The notes: generated by a model from the letters alone, not told the origin. A DNA stretch of 64,000 nucleotides from Neoechinorhynchus agilis (GCA_051530055.1 CM121342.1:14461480-14525479), one strand, 5' to 3'; positions 11,145 to 23,959 are shown, counted from the first letter of the stretch. Made by a program: numbers and translations.

Positions 11145-13813
11145 ATGCCTCCCTCGTCGTCTGAGTTAGCAAATCGCCTCTTGTCTTTGCGTCAAATCCT
11201 CAAACAATATCCTCATATCGCCGCATATACACTGAGAACTTCTGATGCTCACAACTCAGAGTACTTGGCAGAACGGGATAAACGTATTGCATTTATATCA
11301 GGTTTTACTGGTTCCAATGGAGCTATTATAGTCACGGAAAAAGAAGCACTTCTGTGGACCGATGGACGGTACTTCGCCCAGGCTGAAAAGGAACTCGATG
11401 CAAGCCTTTGGAGATTAATGAAAATGGGTGTTCCTGGATTTCCCACAAGGGAAGAGTGGCTCGCACAAAATCTTAAATCAAACGAAAAGGTGGCTTTTGA
11501 TACGGATCTGATAACCATCACCGAGTACAATGGACTTGTAAAGCATTTGACCGACAATGGTGCTGAAGGCGTAAATGCCGTTCCTTTATCGAAGTCAACT
11601 GAACATTTAAATGACGAGAGCTGTCTTTTTTTGAGTTACTGAACAAAACCTTGGACTTAACCATCAACGCCATGAAATTTTGATTTTTTAACTAGTTCAA
11701 CTATACGTTTTGCAACGGAATTTGAAATAGCCGATCGATTTTCAAATTTGCTTCATCGTATAGATTAAGCCATCCTGGAGTAGATCTGTAGGTTTCTTTT
11801 TCTGCCGTCTTGAACTATCCGGTTTAAATTCTCCGAGTCTAGAACATTCTTAGGTTTACAAAGATCTATATATTCTGAAAGTCGGGTAATGTGGCCACAA
11901 AATATTCTCAGACCATTCTACTGATGTTCAGATGACATAAATGATGATCCGATTTGTAAAGTATGGGGCAAAGATCGACCGGAACTACCGTCAGTAGATG
12001 TGGCAAAGATATTTGAACTTGACGTGAACCTGTACGCAGGAGAGAAGGTTACGGACAAACTAAAAAGAGTGCGTGAAGCACTCAAACTTGCTGACAGTAC
12101 GTCTGCTCTCGTATTGAATGGATTAGATGAGATTGCTTGGTTATTGAATCTCCGTGGTTCCGATATTCCATATAATCCTTTCTTTATGTCCTTTGTAATA
12201 CTCACGGGATCTGACGCAACTGTCTTCTTGGATAAAACTAAAATGAGTGATGTAGAACGATTCACACGTTTGACGACCGTCGAAGTTCTCGATTATGACC
12301 AGTTTCGTGGACATTTCCTACGGTATGCTGAAGGAGCGCATGTAATCTACGTTCCCTTCACAGCAAGTCATGCAATTTTCGACATTGCTAGCAAAGCTTC
12401 AAGGTGTAAACTGATCCAGTCTCCAGTTACCAAATTTAAGGCAGTTAAAAACTCTACCGAACAATCAGGAATGAAACGAGCTCATGTGATTGATGCTGTT
12501 GCAATGTGCGAATTTCTGTGGCGACTCACTAAGTCCAAACCCGGAACTTTCGATGAATTAAGTGCTGAGAAATATTTGGAGGGTTTGAGGGCTAAGCAGG
12601 AAACGTTTGTTTCACTCAGTTTTAGAACAATATCGGGATACGGTGGTAACGGAGCTATCATCCATTATGCTTCTAGTGAAAAAACAAATACCAAAATCAT
12701 GGACGATAATCTTTGCACCACCGCTTCTCTTTTTATTCAGCGACATTTTTAACGCGATCATCAATTGGATCTAGTTATTTGTTAGAAAGATTACAGGGTT
12801 TGGATTATAACTTTTTCACTTTGACGAAATAAGGTCATGTTGATTTTTCCTTTCAACTCACTATTTTATACCGTTTAACTACAAAATTTGAGCCGTAGTG
12901 GTCCAATTTTACATAGAGCTGGGAATTTGACGTATATCGTGAATTATATGGAAACCCTTTTACCGGTTTGGCGAAACTCGAAAAACCGTCTCTCGTAATC
13001 CCATTTCCTTTAACCTCATAAACCGGATTGTCATTTGTAAGATAATGGCGCCTTGGAGAAACCAACATCTACTTCATCCCCGGATAAATCTGGATATCTT
13101 AAATGGATTTATGCATATTACTTTTTATCAAGTGATTCGTATTTTTCTATTTTATTGTGAAAAGAGAAGTAATGGTTTACCTGGTTGACTCCGGTGGTCA
13201 ATACCATTACGGCACTACTGACATCACACGAACAATACACCTTGGTGAACCTACTAAACATCAAAAGCATTGCTTTACTGTTGTTCTTAAAGGGCATCTC
13301 AATCTGGCAGCAACTAAATTTCCATCGACCGTCACTGGTCACCGACTGGACACGTTAGCTCGAGCTCCAATGTGGAGATATGGTCTTGACTACCAACATG
13401 GAACTGGACACGGCGTCGGAAGCTTTCTCGGGGTTCACGAGGGACCTTTTTCAATCTCCTATAATCCATTAATGGTAAGTGAAGTCATGAAAGCTGGGTA
13501 TTGTTTGTCAGATGAACCTGGGTACTACGAAGGAGGCAATTTCGGTATTCGAATCGAGAATCTACTTTTATGCGTGGAAGCTCCTGGGCACAATAAGGCT
13601 GGTTCTGGTATGCCAGAGTATTTAGGATTTGAGTTTCTTACTCTTGTTCCAATACAAAAGAAGCTGATTGTCAAGGAAATGCTCAGTGATGAGGAGAAAG
13701 ATAGTCTTAACAATTATCACTCCATGGTACGAAAAATTGTTGGCGAAGAACTGAAGAAGCAGGGAAAGCTGGAAGTGCTTGCGTGGCTCGAGAAGGAAAC
13801 TGAGCCACTGTAA
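11145..13813 (+). CDS. XPNPEP1: Xaa-Pro aminopeptidase 1 (M24B); proposed exons 11145-11588, 11940-12713, 13178-13813
   Basis: DAHNSEY, WTDGRYF, LDEIAWLLNLRGSD, GAIIHY, DSGGQY..GTTDITRT, HGTGHGVG...VHEGP, DEPGYY...GIRIEN. Both introns are non-canonical (see findings). Confidence 0.95.
11589..11939 (+). other. Non-canonical intron-like insertion, 351 nt, inverted-repeat bounded
   Basis: Arms GTCAACTGAACAT (11594-11606) and ATGTTCAGATGAC (11924-11936), 12/13 complementary. TA junction repeat. Removal gives VPL|NDDPICKVW. Confidence 0.75.
12714..13177 (+). other. Non-canonical intron-like insertion, 464 nt, inverted-repeat bounded
   Basis: Arms ACCACCGCTTCTCTTTT (12717-12733) and AAAAGAGAAGTAATGGT (13160-13176). 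TTT junction repeat. Removal gives KIMDDNL|YLVDSGGQY. Confidence 0.75.
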
Positions 13814-14892
13814 ACAAGGGGTTAGATTTGATCGTCAACATATAAACCAAATTGTGGCAAAAAGAAAAGTGGGCATTAATTTTGGAAAAAGCACTATATG
13901 GCCCATTTTCGTAATTTTACTCAAACGTATATCACTTGTTTTTCGGGCTAAGTTGACCTGATCATGGCAAGGAATTGAGCATTACGCTTGTTTTTGTCAT
14001 AAGTCATTTGATGGATTAGTACACTTACAAGCAGGATGATTTCTGAATGGTGGTGAAGTGGCAGATTTTATAGGCCGTGTCGGCAGGACTAAGTATAGAT
14101 AGCTATCTCTAAAAAAATATAAACCGCAAGCTCTACTTTAGCATAGGAACATACGTTCTTAGACTTTAGCATTATTAGCTATTTTGGTAATGAATAAAAA
14201 GCTTTTAGTCAATCTCCTCTTCACGTGGCATTACAGCACCACATCTCATTATTGTTTTCTAAACCGGACGCTTAAGATTTTTACTGTCCTAGAAAGCATC
14301 CTCGGTACAAAATAAGACTGTTAGACTTTATGACCTTGAAATTTCCAATTATACGTTGCTCTTCGACTGCGCACGGTCCCTTGCGAAATTTTTGATCTGT
14401 TATAAAACGTTTTGAGAAGTAGTAGAACTAGAGCCCTGACTTATATGAAGTTTCCGATTTTTTCTATTTTGATGCACACATTCCATAAATATAAGTTGTT
14501 CACCACCGAAGACCGCAATCTCGAAGGAGTTTTAACGTTATATTTATTAGACGCTGCGGATATCTAAGCTGAAATTTTGAATGTTCACACCACATCTCAA
14601 GTAAAGATTTATTTTGCCCATTACTGGATTACTAAAGTGTTGCTTCACCGAAATTCGATACGTCTTGAGGGGGAAAAGCCTAAATCCCGTGCAGATCTTC
14701 TTCTGTTTCTGACTGCGATCTTTTCCTATATAAAATTTGGTCGAGATATTCCAGCTAACTTAGTCAAATCATAGGGATGCTAACGTATGAACCAAACTTC
14801 ATTCCATGATACTTTCGTTTCTCATCCACAGGCACGAGAACTGCAATCAGCAACATGCATTAAAATTAAAATATCATAAATATTTTGTTGCG

Positions 14893-15135
14893 TTAAAAAT
14901 TCCATCGGTTCACGATCGTACATGTTCTGAGACTCGATAGCATCACTTTTATCAGCATCGAAGTACAGAACTGACAAAAACGATACGCGTTCCCAATGGT
15001 CTGATCAATTGTCAAAAAGGTAACCGCGAGCGATATGAATATGGTTGAATAGAGAAGAAGTGATATTCTGAAGAAATTGAAAGATTTTATATCATTGAAT
15101 TGATCAGTTCGAGTTGGTTGTGTTTTTTGTGACAT
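14893..15135 (-). CDS. Possible first exon of a type II membrane protein (unidentified)
   Basis: Short N-terminus followed by the hydrophobic stretch ISLLLYSTIFISLAVTFL; downstream exons could not be resolved. Confidence 0.3.
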   Translation of the reverse strand: MSQKTQPTRTDQFNDIKSFNFFRISLLLYSTIFISLAVTFLTIDQTIGNAYRFCQFCTSMLIKVMLSSLRTCTIVNRWNF

Positions 15136-15415
15136 TTCTGAAGCAGTGAGGTGTATAAAATCGACGAAATAGTCCCAATGTTTTTTTATGCGAAAATGAT
15201 GAAGCCTAGAACGATAAAAGGTTCTTAGGACCGCCTAAAACTTAGGATTTGAAACACCAAACCGAGAAATTCATTTCTTAGATATTTATTTCTAATGAAT
15301 ATTTATGAACTTTCGCTTTAGAGAACAACAAATATTTTACTCTCGCGTTTTCTGTGATGTTTTGGATTTTAGAAAGGAAATTTCTTTATTAACGACAGAG
15401 TGCACGTTATAAGTT

Positions 15416-15835
15416 TTAACATTCTATTGTCCGACTACCTAAAATGATTGCATGCCGCACAACGATTAGTCGATCATCATCATCATCATCATCGCCCATT
15501 AAACCACCCATTTTATCCTTAAAGGCATCCCATTGGTTGTTTTTTGAGAAGTCTCTGTTCCACTTTATTAGTGACCATTGCTTTTTCCATTTTTTCATTA
15601 TAAACCTGAGACGCGAACACAAAGACGAACAGTTGCGGCAAAATCTTTCTATTAGGACCAAGCCAAAACATGAACACCAGGAATTCAGTTTCGAGCAGTA
15701 CGAGTCTTTTTCTTGATCGTTCTTAATCACTTGATCCTTTTTGTCGATAAAAATCGCGCCTCTATGATTATTCAGCCTACATTTTCTTGGTTTTAATTCT
15801 TTTTGTTCCAAAGACGACTTCCGAATCTTTTCCAA
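15416..15835 (-). CDS. Small unidentified gene (frame uncertain; an alternative frame ends ...EQRLLKKQPMGCL*)
   Basis: An ORF is present and the region is duplicated at the window start; no recognisable family. Confidence 0.3.
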   Translation of the reverse strand: MEKIRKSSLEQKELKPRKCRLNNHRGAIFIDKKDQVIKNDQEKDSYCSKLNSWCSCFGLVLIERFCRNCSSLCSRLRFIMKKWKKQWSLIKWNRDFSKNNQWDAFKDKMGGLMGDDDDDDDRLIVVRHAIILGSRTIEC

Positions 15836-16747
15836 TTCATTTAATCCGCCCCCGATAACGTTCCTTATCCAATCACCTGATCCTTAAACGCAAAATTCGG
15901 CAAAAATCTTAATTTTATTCTTCTTACCATATTTTTCGTTTTCGCTGTAGATACAAGCAGCCAAATTGGGATTCTTTGCCTTCACGCGCAGATAAAAGTC
16001 CACAAGCGTTCTTTTGAAGACGGGTGAACTCACTTCAGTACTTTAAATGAAAAAATCATTAGCCTTAATAAATTGAAAAAAACTACGCACAAAGACATAT
16101 TTTATCAACAAAAACGCACCAAACATCTTTATGTGAGTTATAATAAACCAGGTTGCCATGGTAACTTGGTCGAGAGATTAGTTGAAGTTTCCGAGTATTT
16201 TTAGAAAAAATTTTTCGATAACAACTCTTACATTATGTGACTGAGATGTCATTGTGAATAGAAACCATGGCTAACGCGGTCTAGGAAGCGTAACTGAGCG
16301 AGCATCCAGAGGTTTACTACAAAACGGAACGATGCAGAACACACACAGTGTTTATTATGCGACTCGTGGTCATAGCATTTATCGAACGTTTTTCTCGTTG
16401 TTGGCAGAATTTGTGTTTATTAATTATTTGTACAGTGGTTATAGAAGGATAAAAGAAATTGTTTATCGGAAAAGTTTTCCATAAATGTAGAATAGTTTAA
16501 TCTGTACAGAGGCATCCTTCGATTGCAGCGACGGCACGCTTTGCCTTTTACACGCACAGCTCGAAGTCGATGAACTTTTATTTGCCAGTTGTATCGATTT
16601 TAGATTTTATTGACAAATAAAAGCAGTGCACAAAAACCTCTTATTGCATTTTCGTGTGCTAAATAGAAAGCGTTATATTTCCCTCGATTTTCGAAGAACT
16701 GTAAAGATGTTCATCATTTTAACTTTTTTATATCGAATTATAATAAT

Positions 16748-16862
16748 TGAATTATTTATTTGATAATTTTCGACCTTCGCGTAGGCCTTCTTCAGTCTAT
16801 TGTTTTCGGAGAAAGCTTACTTGGCCTACGCGAAGGCCGAAAATCATCAAATAAATAATTCA
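16748..16862. mobile_element. Fold-back element related to 827-1009, with a hammerhead-like core on the - strand
   Basis: ~39-bp inverted arms (16748-16787 / 16823-16862). - strand reads GACTGAAGAAGGCCTACGCGAAGGTCGAAA. Confidence 0.7.
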
Positions 16863-16865
16863 AAT

Positions 16866-17105
16866 TTAGCAAGGGCCCACTATTTTGTCCCCGTCGGAGT
16901 AGAGACGTATGGAGCGCTTGGCAGCTCGGTACTCACTCTGCTCCAAGATCTCTCGAAGAAATTGAGAGAAACGACCGGCGACGCACGAGCAGGTGTATTC
17001 CTGCGACAAAATATCTCGCTTGCAGTATAACGAGGTAATACTGCTAGCGTGAAAGCGACAGCCGATGAAGGAGAGAAGATCCAATTTTGCGGACGGTGGT
17101 GATTT
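16866..17105 (+). mobile_element. CRE-like retrotransposon, 3'-terminal fragment
   Basis: ARAHYFVPVGVETYGALG...FLRQNISLAV; near-identical to the reverse complement of 58278-58512. Confidence 0.85.
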
Positions 17106-17383
17106 TTTGCTGGCTTAAACCGAAATAGAAATTCTGTTTTCGTTTAAAAAAATATTATAATTCGTTATCAATTTTCTTCGGACAATATCGGATTCATACG
17201 TATCACACGACTATAGAATTCGTAATTCAAAGTAGAGATTGGTGATAATAATTCCGGTCATTAGAAGGAAGCACCCGCTTAAAAATTCATAATATTTAAA
17301 AAAAACCGATTTTAAACTTTAAGTACTGCTCCAGTCGGGTTTGTCATCTTTAATCTCGTCGTTGCAAGAACCGCATCTAAATA

Positions 17384-20030
17384 TCAATCGAAAAAATCAG
17401 GCACAAAATGAAGGAATAAAACTAACTCAGAAAAATATTTGTTGTTTTTATCGTCCACATTAGTTGAAATATTTTTGCACTCTTCGACCTTGCGCTGCGC
17501 AGACACGAGCAAACTTGAATTCGAAACGTTGAACGTAAAGACGTACTGCGCGGCAACGCGAGATTTATAAATCCGATCATGCATTAGCATTTCAAGATCC
17601 GAGATGATTGATTCGAGATTTACATCTGTATTTGTGTTTTTCGAATATTCGCATTGCCTGTCAACAGATGATAGTCCATCTTGAACCGGAATTAATTCCG
17701 ACATTTCCTTGTTTTCATGTGTTATTAACTTATCACTTTGGCAATTACAAGAGATTTCTGCTGCCTGCGAACACTTATATTCACTACCCGCATTTAAATC
17801 CGTGTTCGGCGGAACCAAAGTTTCATCAATCTTGAGTCTGTATATCTCTGTGCTTAACTGACTTTTTAATGAATCTTTTGAAGAAATTTCATGGCAGTTT
17901 TGGTCAATAAGTTCGCCATTCGCATCCAAATGGAAATCATCGTCATTGTACATATTCGTATGCTCAATCGACTCACTTATGTCATCCGATGTATCAATCA
18001 CATCGTCGAATGCCGTGGTATCAACATCTAAATATGAGCTATCGTCCTCCATCATCTCGGATGTTGTCTTCTCAGACTCAGAAATATTTGGAAGAGGTAT
18101 CTGTACATCTCCATCGTCCTCACTACTAATACTTTCTTTTCCATACGATTCCGATTCAGTCTCACTGAAAACGTCTTCACTTTCTTGGATAAAACTGCTC
18201 ATGTCACTCTCGATTCCACTGCAGTTATCATCAGACGTTTGATGCTCAATAAAACTGCCATCTTCACTTAGCGATTTGCTATTGTTTTCATTCTGCTCCG
18301 AGACATTTTGAGTAAAGTCGTAGTCCTCTTTTTCCCGAATTCGTTTGGAGTAAACTGATTTAATCTGGTTGTAGATCGCATAGAACTATTAAGATTTCAG
18401 AATATGAATGATGCACTCGATGAGCTAACCTTCTTTTTCTTACTCATTTTTCCTCCATTTTTTTGCATCAGTGAATAAGCATCAACGACTTGTTTTTTTA
18501 ATTTTAACTTCGTAAATCTGATTTGACCAGCCTGTCGATTTATAAAAAGAAAATAGTCTGACAATTGATTAAAGAAGAGGGAAAATATGCTTTGAAACCA
18601 CAAGTAAAAAGCGTAAAGATGTAAAGTTTTTTCTCCTTAATTTCTTTAAACTTTTCTAGGTTTTACACAAACAATGACAAAAAACTTTATTGTTTGCATG
18701 GAATATACTTTCCTTTAGCTTCAAAGTACAACTTACCATGCAACCAAAGTCCAGAGTCGACATGCTTTCTCTGAGATCCTCCTCGTATGCAGTAATACAG
18801 AATATCATAGTGGTCTTGGTATGACCCGTAAAAGTGTCATTGAGCCACTGCTGCATGTAGTCAGTCGTGTAACCCTTCGGAGGACCATGGGTCTTCACGC
18901 AGCTTAATAAGGATCTTCTTAAATTGTAAAGTCCGCAATTAATCGCGGAGGTCTCTGAAAAGATCGCGTAAATCATCAAGAGAATGAAGTTCGTGAACCT
19001 TTTATATAGTCAATAAGTTGAGAATTATCGCATTTTTCAGATCCAGCAAGATCAAGAAATGCTAATCTTGATTGGAATTTTGAAGCACTTGTAAAATCAA
19101 ACAGAAATCTCTCGCCCTGATCCTCATTCCTTTTACCTTAAAATATTGGGTACAATGGAAAGCAATATAAAATCGTTCTTACTTATATGGACACTAAACC
19201 AACAATGCGATCTACTAGAAACTAAATTTTTTGAATTCGATCGAGTGCATCGCTTTTCCATTATTCGATTAAGATAATTTAGACAATCATTCACATTATT
19301 TATCTTTAATGCAGTGGTGTTAGTAGCAAACGGCATTTCAAAGTGATTGTGAATTTGAATCAATTTCTTTGGATTTCTGTCGTCCGCAAATAGATCCTTT
19401 AGCGAAGATCCGACTTGTTCCAGGCATGAAGCGTAAATTGATATCGACTTTTTTGATTGTTTCTAAAATTCTATTGGGTTTCTTTTGAGAAAAAGCAACA
19501 AAACCTTTAATAATTTAAGTAAATTCAAAATCGAAAGATATATTAGACCGCTCGGTTTTCGGCCAACTTGTCCTATCATCGTGTAGGTTTTTCCGGATCC
19601 CTATTGTAAGCATTATTAAAATAAATTAGTAATAGATAATGGGAACTATACCGTTTGTCCGTAAGCTAAATACGTCATACTTCTACCATTTAAAAGTTCG
19701 TTTAAATTAGGCGCAACTTGGTCTTTGTATATTTTATCCTTTTTGTACAATGATATTTTTCCTAGCTTTTAAAACAAACCTGAAACGAGCCGATTGAATA
19801 AACCCAATCAAATCCCCAATATTCATTTTCTTCTATCGAAATGGACTTTTTCCTTTCGTTGCAAAGAAAGCTCTTCGCGACTCGCCCCCTATTGGGTGTG
19901 TTTGACATGGTCGGCGGCCTTATCTACACAAATAAGAATGAGAGTTCTTTTCATTTTAAAGGAAAAGCATCTCTAACTCTAGCGACTGTATTAATCTTCA
20001 CTTTGATGCCGGTTTTTTTGCTTTGACCTA
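17384..20030 (-). CDS. Divergent kinesin-like protein: N-terminal motor plus long acidic tail, multi-exon
   Basis: VAR|IRPP, AYGQT|GSGKTYTM (P-loop), NLVSSRSH (switch I), LAFLDLAGSE (switch II), ESMSTLDFG, joined by 40-60 nt GT-AG introns and one of ~206 nt. Acidic exon ~18350-17384. True 5' end not resolved. Confidence 0.85.
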
Positions 20031-20481
20031 TCAATCTACGCATTAAAATTTTAGCATTCTGGTACAAATAATACCTATGCTTTCCAACGATCCAATGGGA
20101 CTTCTAAGTATAAAATTCTCATTCGACTGAAAGTACCTTAGAATAAGTATTTATGAAGGAACTTACGTTATAAAGCATGATATTCTCAAGTACGGAAAGT
20201 GGCTAATGGCATCATATTTGAAAAAGGAAATATTTATTTATAGTTTCCATAGCAATCCTTCACTAAAGATATTGTAAAACTGCATTCTTCCAATTGAACA
20301 TTATTGTTTTGCACGAGGTTATTGTTAACCGAGAATTTATCTAACGGAAATAAACAACCTATATAAATGACAAAATTTTGCTTAAAATGAGCAGTTACCG
20401 GTGACAACTTGAAAACTTCCACAAACATATAGATAAGTTGTAAAGAAGTTGTTCATGGATATATGTTTTTTTGTGATTTAG

Positions 20482-20695
20482 AAGAATAGAGATTGACTTT
20501 AATGATTCCCAATATTTCGTCCGTCTCGTCGGACTTCTTCAGGTCTAAAAGGTAGATCACGGTGGTTTTATCCCGATTTTTAACCTATAATCCGCCTTAT
20601 TTGGTACGGGTTACAGACTAAAACTAAGAATAAAGCCACCGTGGTCTATCCACGGACGACATATTGCGAATAACAAATCAATCTCTATTTTTCTT
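20482..20695. mobile_element. Nested inverted-repeat element with a hammerhead-like core (- strand)
   Basis: TAGATCACGGTGGTTTTAT / ATAAAGCCACCGTGGTCTA arms inside outer AATAGAGATTGA / TCAATCTCTATT arms. 20512-20550 is the reverse complement of a motif at 3361-3402 (CTGAAGAAGTCCG..CGGACGAAATATT). Confidence 0.6.
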
Positions 20696-21018
20696 ATCAA
20701 AGAATATAGATAATTTCAGTTCTACCGACTAATGGGGCATATATGACATTTAAGAGCGCAAAAGATAAATGAACGCAAATGCATTGATATATGCCGCTTG
20801 CTGACATTTGTACGTGAGTGTCCCATAAATCTCATTCCAACCTACAAGAGAGAAAAAGCTTCATAAAAGCTGTCTTTTCCCTGTGTGACAAGGCGAAGGT
20901 GCTTATTATGTTTCCCAAATCCGCAGGATATAGCGAGTAAGTCGGTAGCCAGTGCATAATCAGTACATGATACAAAAGGAGTTGCTCTTTAGTGCCGTGA
21001 GTATTGACAATCCGGAAA

Positions 21019-21726
21019 ATGCATTCTCACATTGCTATCTTTTTAGTCGCCGTGATCGTTACTGCTGATTGTATAAGCGAAATTAAGTTCCGTAGATGGA
21101 CTCGAAACGTAAATGAAGAAAGTTTGCAAGACAGCAGCTCGGTGGATGCTCATCTCTTGAGGAATAAACGAAAAGATGACCAATCGAATGAAAACGCATC
21201 TTTGAGTGATGTATCTCAGTCGCATGAACTCACATCCCAGCCACAGAAAGCTGCCCATGATTTAAATGAATTGGCTACGGACGGGTCACCAATGATAGTG
21301 TTTGAGAAAACCGGCGGTGGCGTTTTGAGAATGCCGTCGAAGGTCACAAGTGAGTCAGCTTCAGGCAAGATTAATCCTCTTCTGGAGAATTTGTTTGAAG
21401 AAACATCAACTGAAGAAATGAGTGATACACAGGTTGAGAAAGGCACATATTTATTACTTGAGTTGCTTTTTGATGTCGTTCGATATATGCGAACAGTTCG
21501 TTTGATGGAAATTGCTTTGATGAACAAGTACAAAGAGACACTTAATGTTACTGAAGAGGACACTGGTGATATAGTTGAGTTTCTAACGAGTGCAATTATT
21601 CCAAGTCCACTCATTATTGAAGAAATCGATTTAACAACAAACGACACAGAAAGCGTGAAGACCGATTTCGCTCCAACAGTTGAAAGTGAAAGTCCCAGTG
21701 ATGCATTTATTACTACTAAAGCCTGA
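21019..21726 (+). CDS. Secreted acidic orphan protein, possible prohormone precursor
   Basis: Intact 235-codon single-exon ORF; signal-peptide-like MHSHIAIFLVAVIVTADC; basic sites RR and RNKRK. Confidence 0.65.
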   Translation: MHSHIAIFLVAVIVTADCISEIKFRRWTRNVNEESLQDSSSVDAHLLRNKRKDDQSNENASLSDVSQSHELTSQPQKAAHDLNELATDGSPMIVFEKTGGGVLRMPSKVTSESASGKINPLLENLFEETSTEEMSDTQVEKGTYLLLELLFDVVRYMRTVRLMEIALMNKYKETLNVTEEDTGDIVEFLTSAIIPSPLIIEEIDLTTNDTESVKTDFAPTVESESPSDAFITTKA

Positions 21727-23959
21727 AGGCCGTTACGTGGGAATTTCTTCGGTTTGGTGAAACATTTATTTAATAATCTATGTAACGCTTTACCTTCAAC
21801 TATCATTTAAATGCACATCCGAATCGCCAGTTTTATTGTGAAACAACAAGATCTGCTTGATTGCATACTAGAGCTATAAAATGTTTCATATTCTGTTGCA
21901 ATAATTTTATAGTGGTTTCAACGAGGTAAGCATAAAGGGTGTTGTTAAAAACGACGTTATGTCAGTAGGAAAATGACTAGGTTCAAATTCGTGGAATTTC
22001 GGAAAGTTACACGATAAAAATAGCGGAAATTAGCCGCAAATTTTAAGTTTCATAGCTAGCTGTAGTTTTCCAAAAAAGTGATTCCATAGGGAATCAGGTA
22101 AAGCTATAATGAAAAAAAGAATTTTTAGCTTAAATATATGCTAAAACTTTCTCGATGAACGTTTATCATTGAACAATTAATTTCCATTCAAATTTTAGTC
22201 GTTTACGTATTCGAAGATGAAATAATTTCGGAATGCTTATAGAATATTTTAGGTTGCGCAAAAAATCTACCGATTAGCAATTAACGACTAATGTTACCGA
22301 AACACACTTGAAAACTTGAGTAACGAACTCGAAACACCTGTCCAAACGAATACTTGAGTACAAAAACCTTGGTCAAACCCTCGGTTTGAGAAAAAAGCCC
22401 GAAACCTCCGTGGTTATTGTGCCGATTCTAAAGAACGAGCACGCCTTCAAGCTGCTGCAGCCATGGTTTTCCTAAAGTTTTAACAATCCCTTTGATTGGT
22501 ACTAAAATTGATGACAACTCTGATCTCGCATCAACACTACACTTATTCGTGGCTTACTCAATCCTTGCAAAATGCAAGTTCGTTATCGAAGCAGACAAAA
22601 CAGTAACCCACCGGTTAGACTGCCCACAGTGGTTCCCAAAGTGGCCCTTGCCGAGCTTGCGGTACCTGATGTCATCAGGAGGCCGTGGAAAATTCAAATT
22701 GATTTGGTCGATCCTTGAACGGTTTAATATCAAAGAAGAAAGTTGCGATTAGTATTTATTATTTACAATTAAAATTAAATAAATTTGTAGGTAAAGGAGA
22801 TTGCTGCAATGGAATGCAGGTTGGCGACAAGGAATTCCCAGACTTCATGGAGATATTTTGGTAGCGACATTGTCTCATTCAGGAAACCAAAGTCATTTTC
22901 TGCTATCATCATCTCACTTTTTAACTGTATAAGTTTGCCTGATGACTTTGTCGTCTTCATCACTTCAATTTTTTACATGGAACCTTTTACTCAAACTATT
23001 CTCAAAATACGTCCGTTCTGATTTATCTTATTCAATCTTTTCTGTCTTATTTGAGGGTAAGAAGTTTTTGCCGTTAATATTTACATCCGTCCTACTAAAA
23101 TTCATCTCGAGCATGTCAAGGACATTTAAAAAAATATTTTAACATCCAACGTGGATATCTTGTTTGGTGACTTCAACGATACCTCCCATAAATGGTAAAA
23201 TGCGATCATCTTAGCCGGAGATTCGCATAACATCCTCTACATTCACAGTCGAGTCTTCCACTTCCACGTACCTTGATTACTGCTTGTGGAAGAGAGCATG
23301 TTTTTCTCAAACCAATGGCAATATCTCAATCGGCACTTTTTAGATTATCAAGGCACGAAATTTAAATTGCTAGCCCTTAACATCAAGCTGTTTTAATTTA
23401 GCATTCCAACCTTTTTTGTCGTTGTCACCGATTTGTTCTTCTTAGTGAGATTAACTTCCTGGCTGAAAACATTGTCTCCTTTCTCACGACCACTAGTCGT
23501 ATGGTACATAACCAAGATAAACCTAAAACTAATGTCGTTTTACGGTAGGAAACTATGCAGCTCGCTCTAAATGTTAAAAGCCCCTGGACGAATTTTGGTC
23601 CTTTTTCTATTGACCTTGCCATGCTAGGCTCCAAATCAATCAAGAGCGATTGAAAATATCGTTCTTAAGGCCATATTTTCCGACATTAACAACTTGTCAC
23701 AGGTCCATGGATTAAGAATTCTGTAATTAATACTATTTTGGACTCGCTCATTTGATTAGCGGCTGACATTGCCACCCATTGGACATCCAAGAATCTTTCC
23801 TCTCGCAACGGTTCGTCTTTACCTTCCAAAGCAACAAATGCCCTCAACAAATCTATTGTTCTGGAACTATCCCAACGAATGGTTTCTGCTTCCTTTGAAG
23901 ATTAGGCTGAAATGAATGTGGCTAAGGGAATCTTCTTTCTAGTGTAAGGCAAACTTAGA

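Noticed and set aside
16800-17030. 76-aa ORF as a gene
   Set aside because: It is a chance fusion of the fold-back arm and a CRE 3' fragment.
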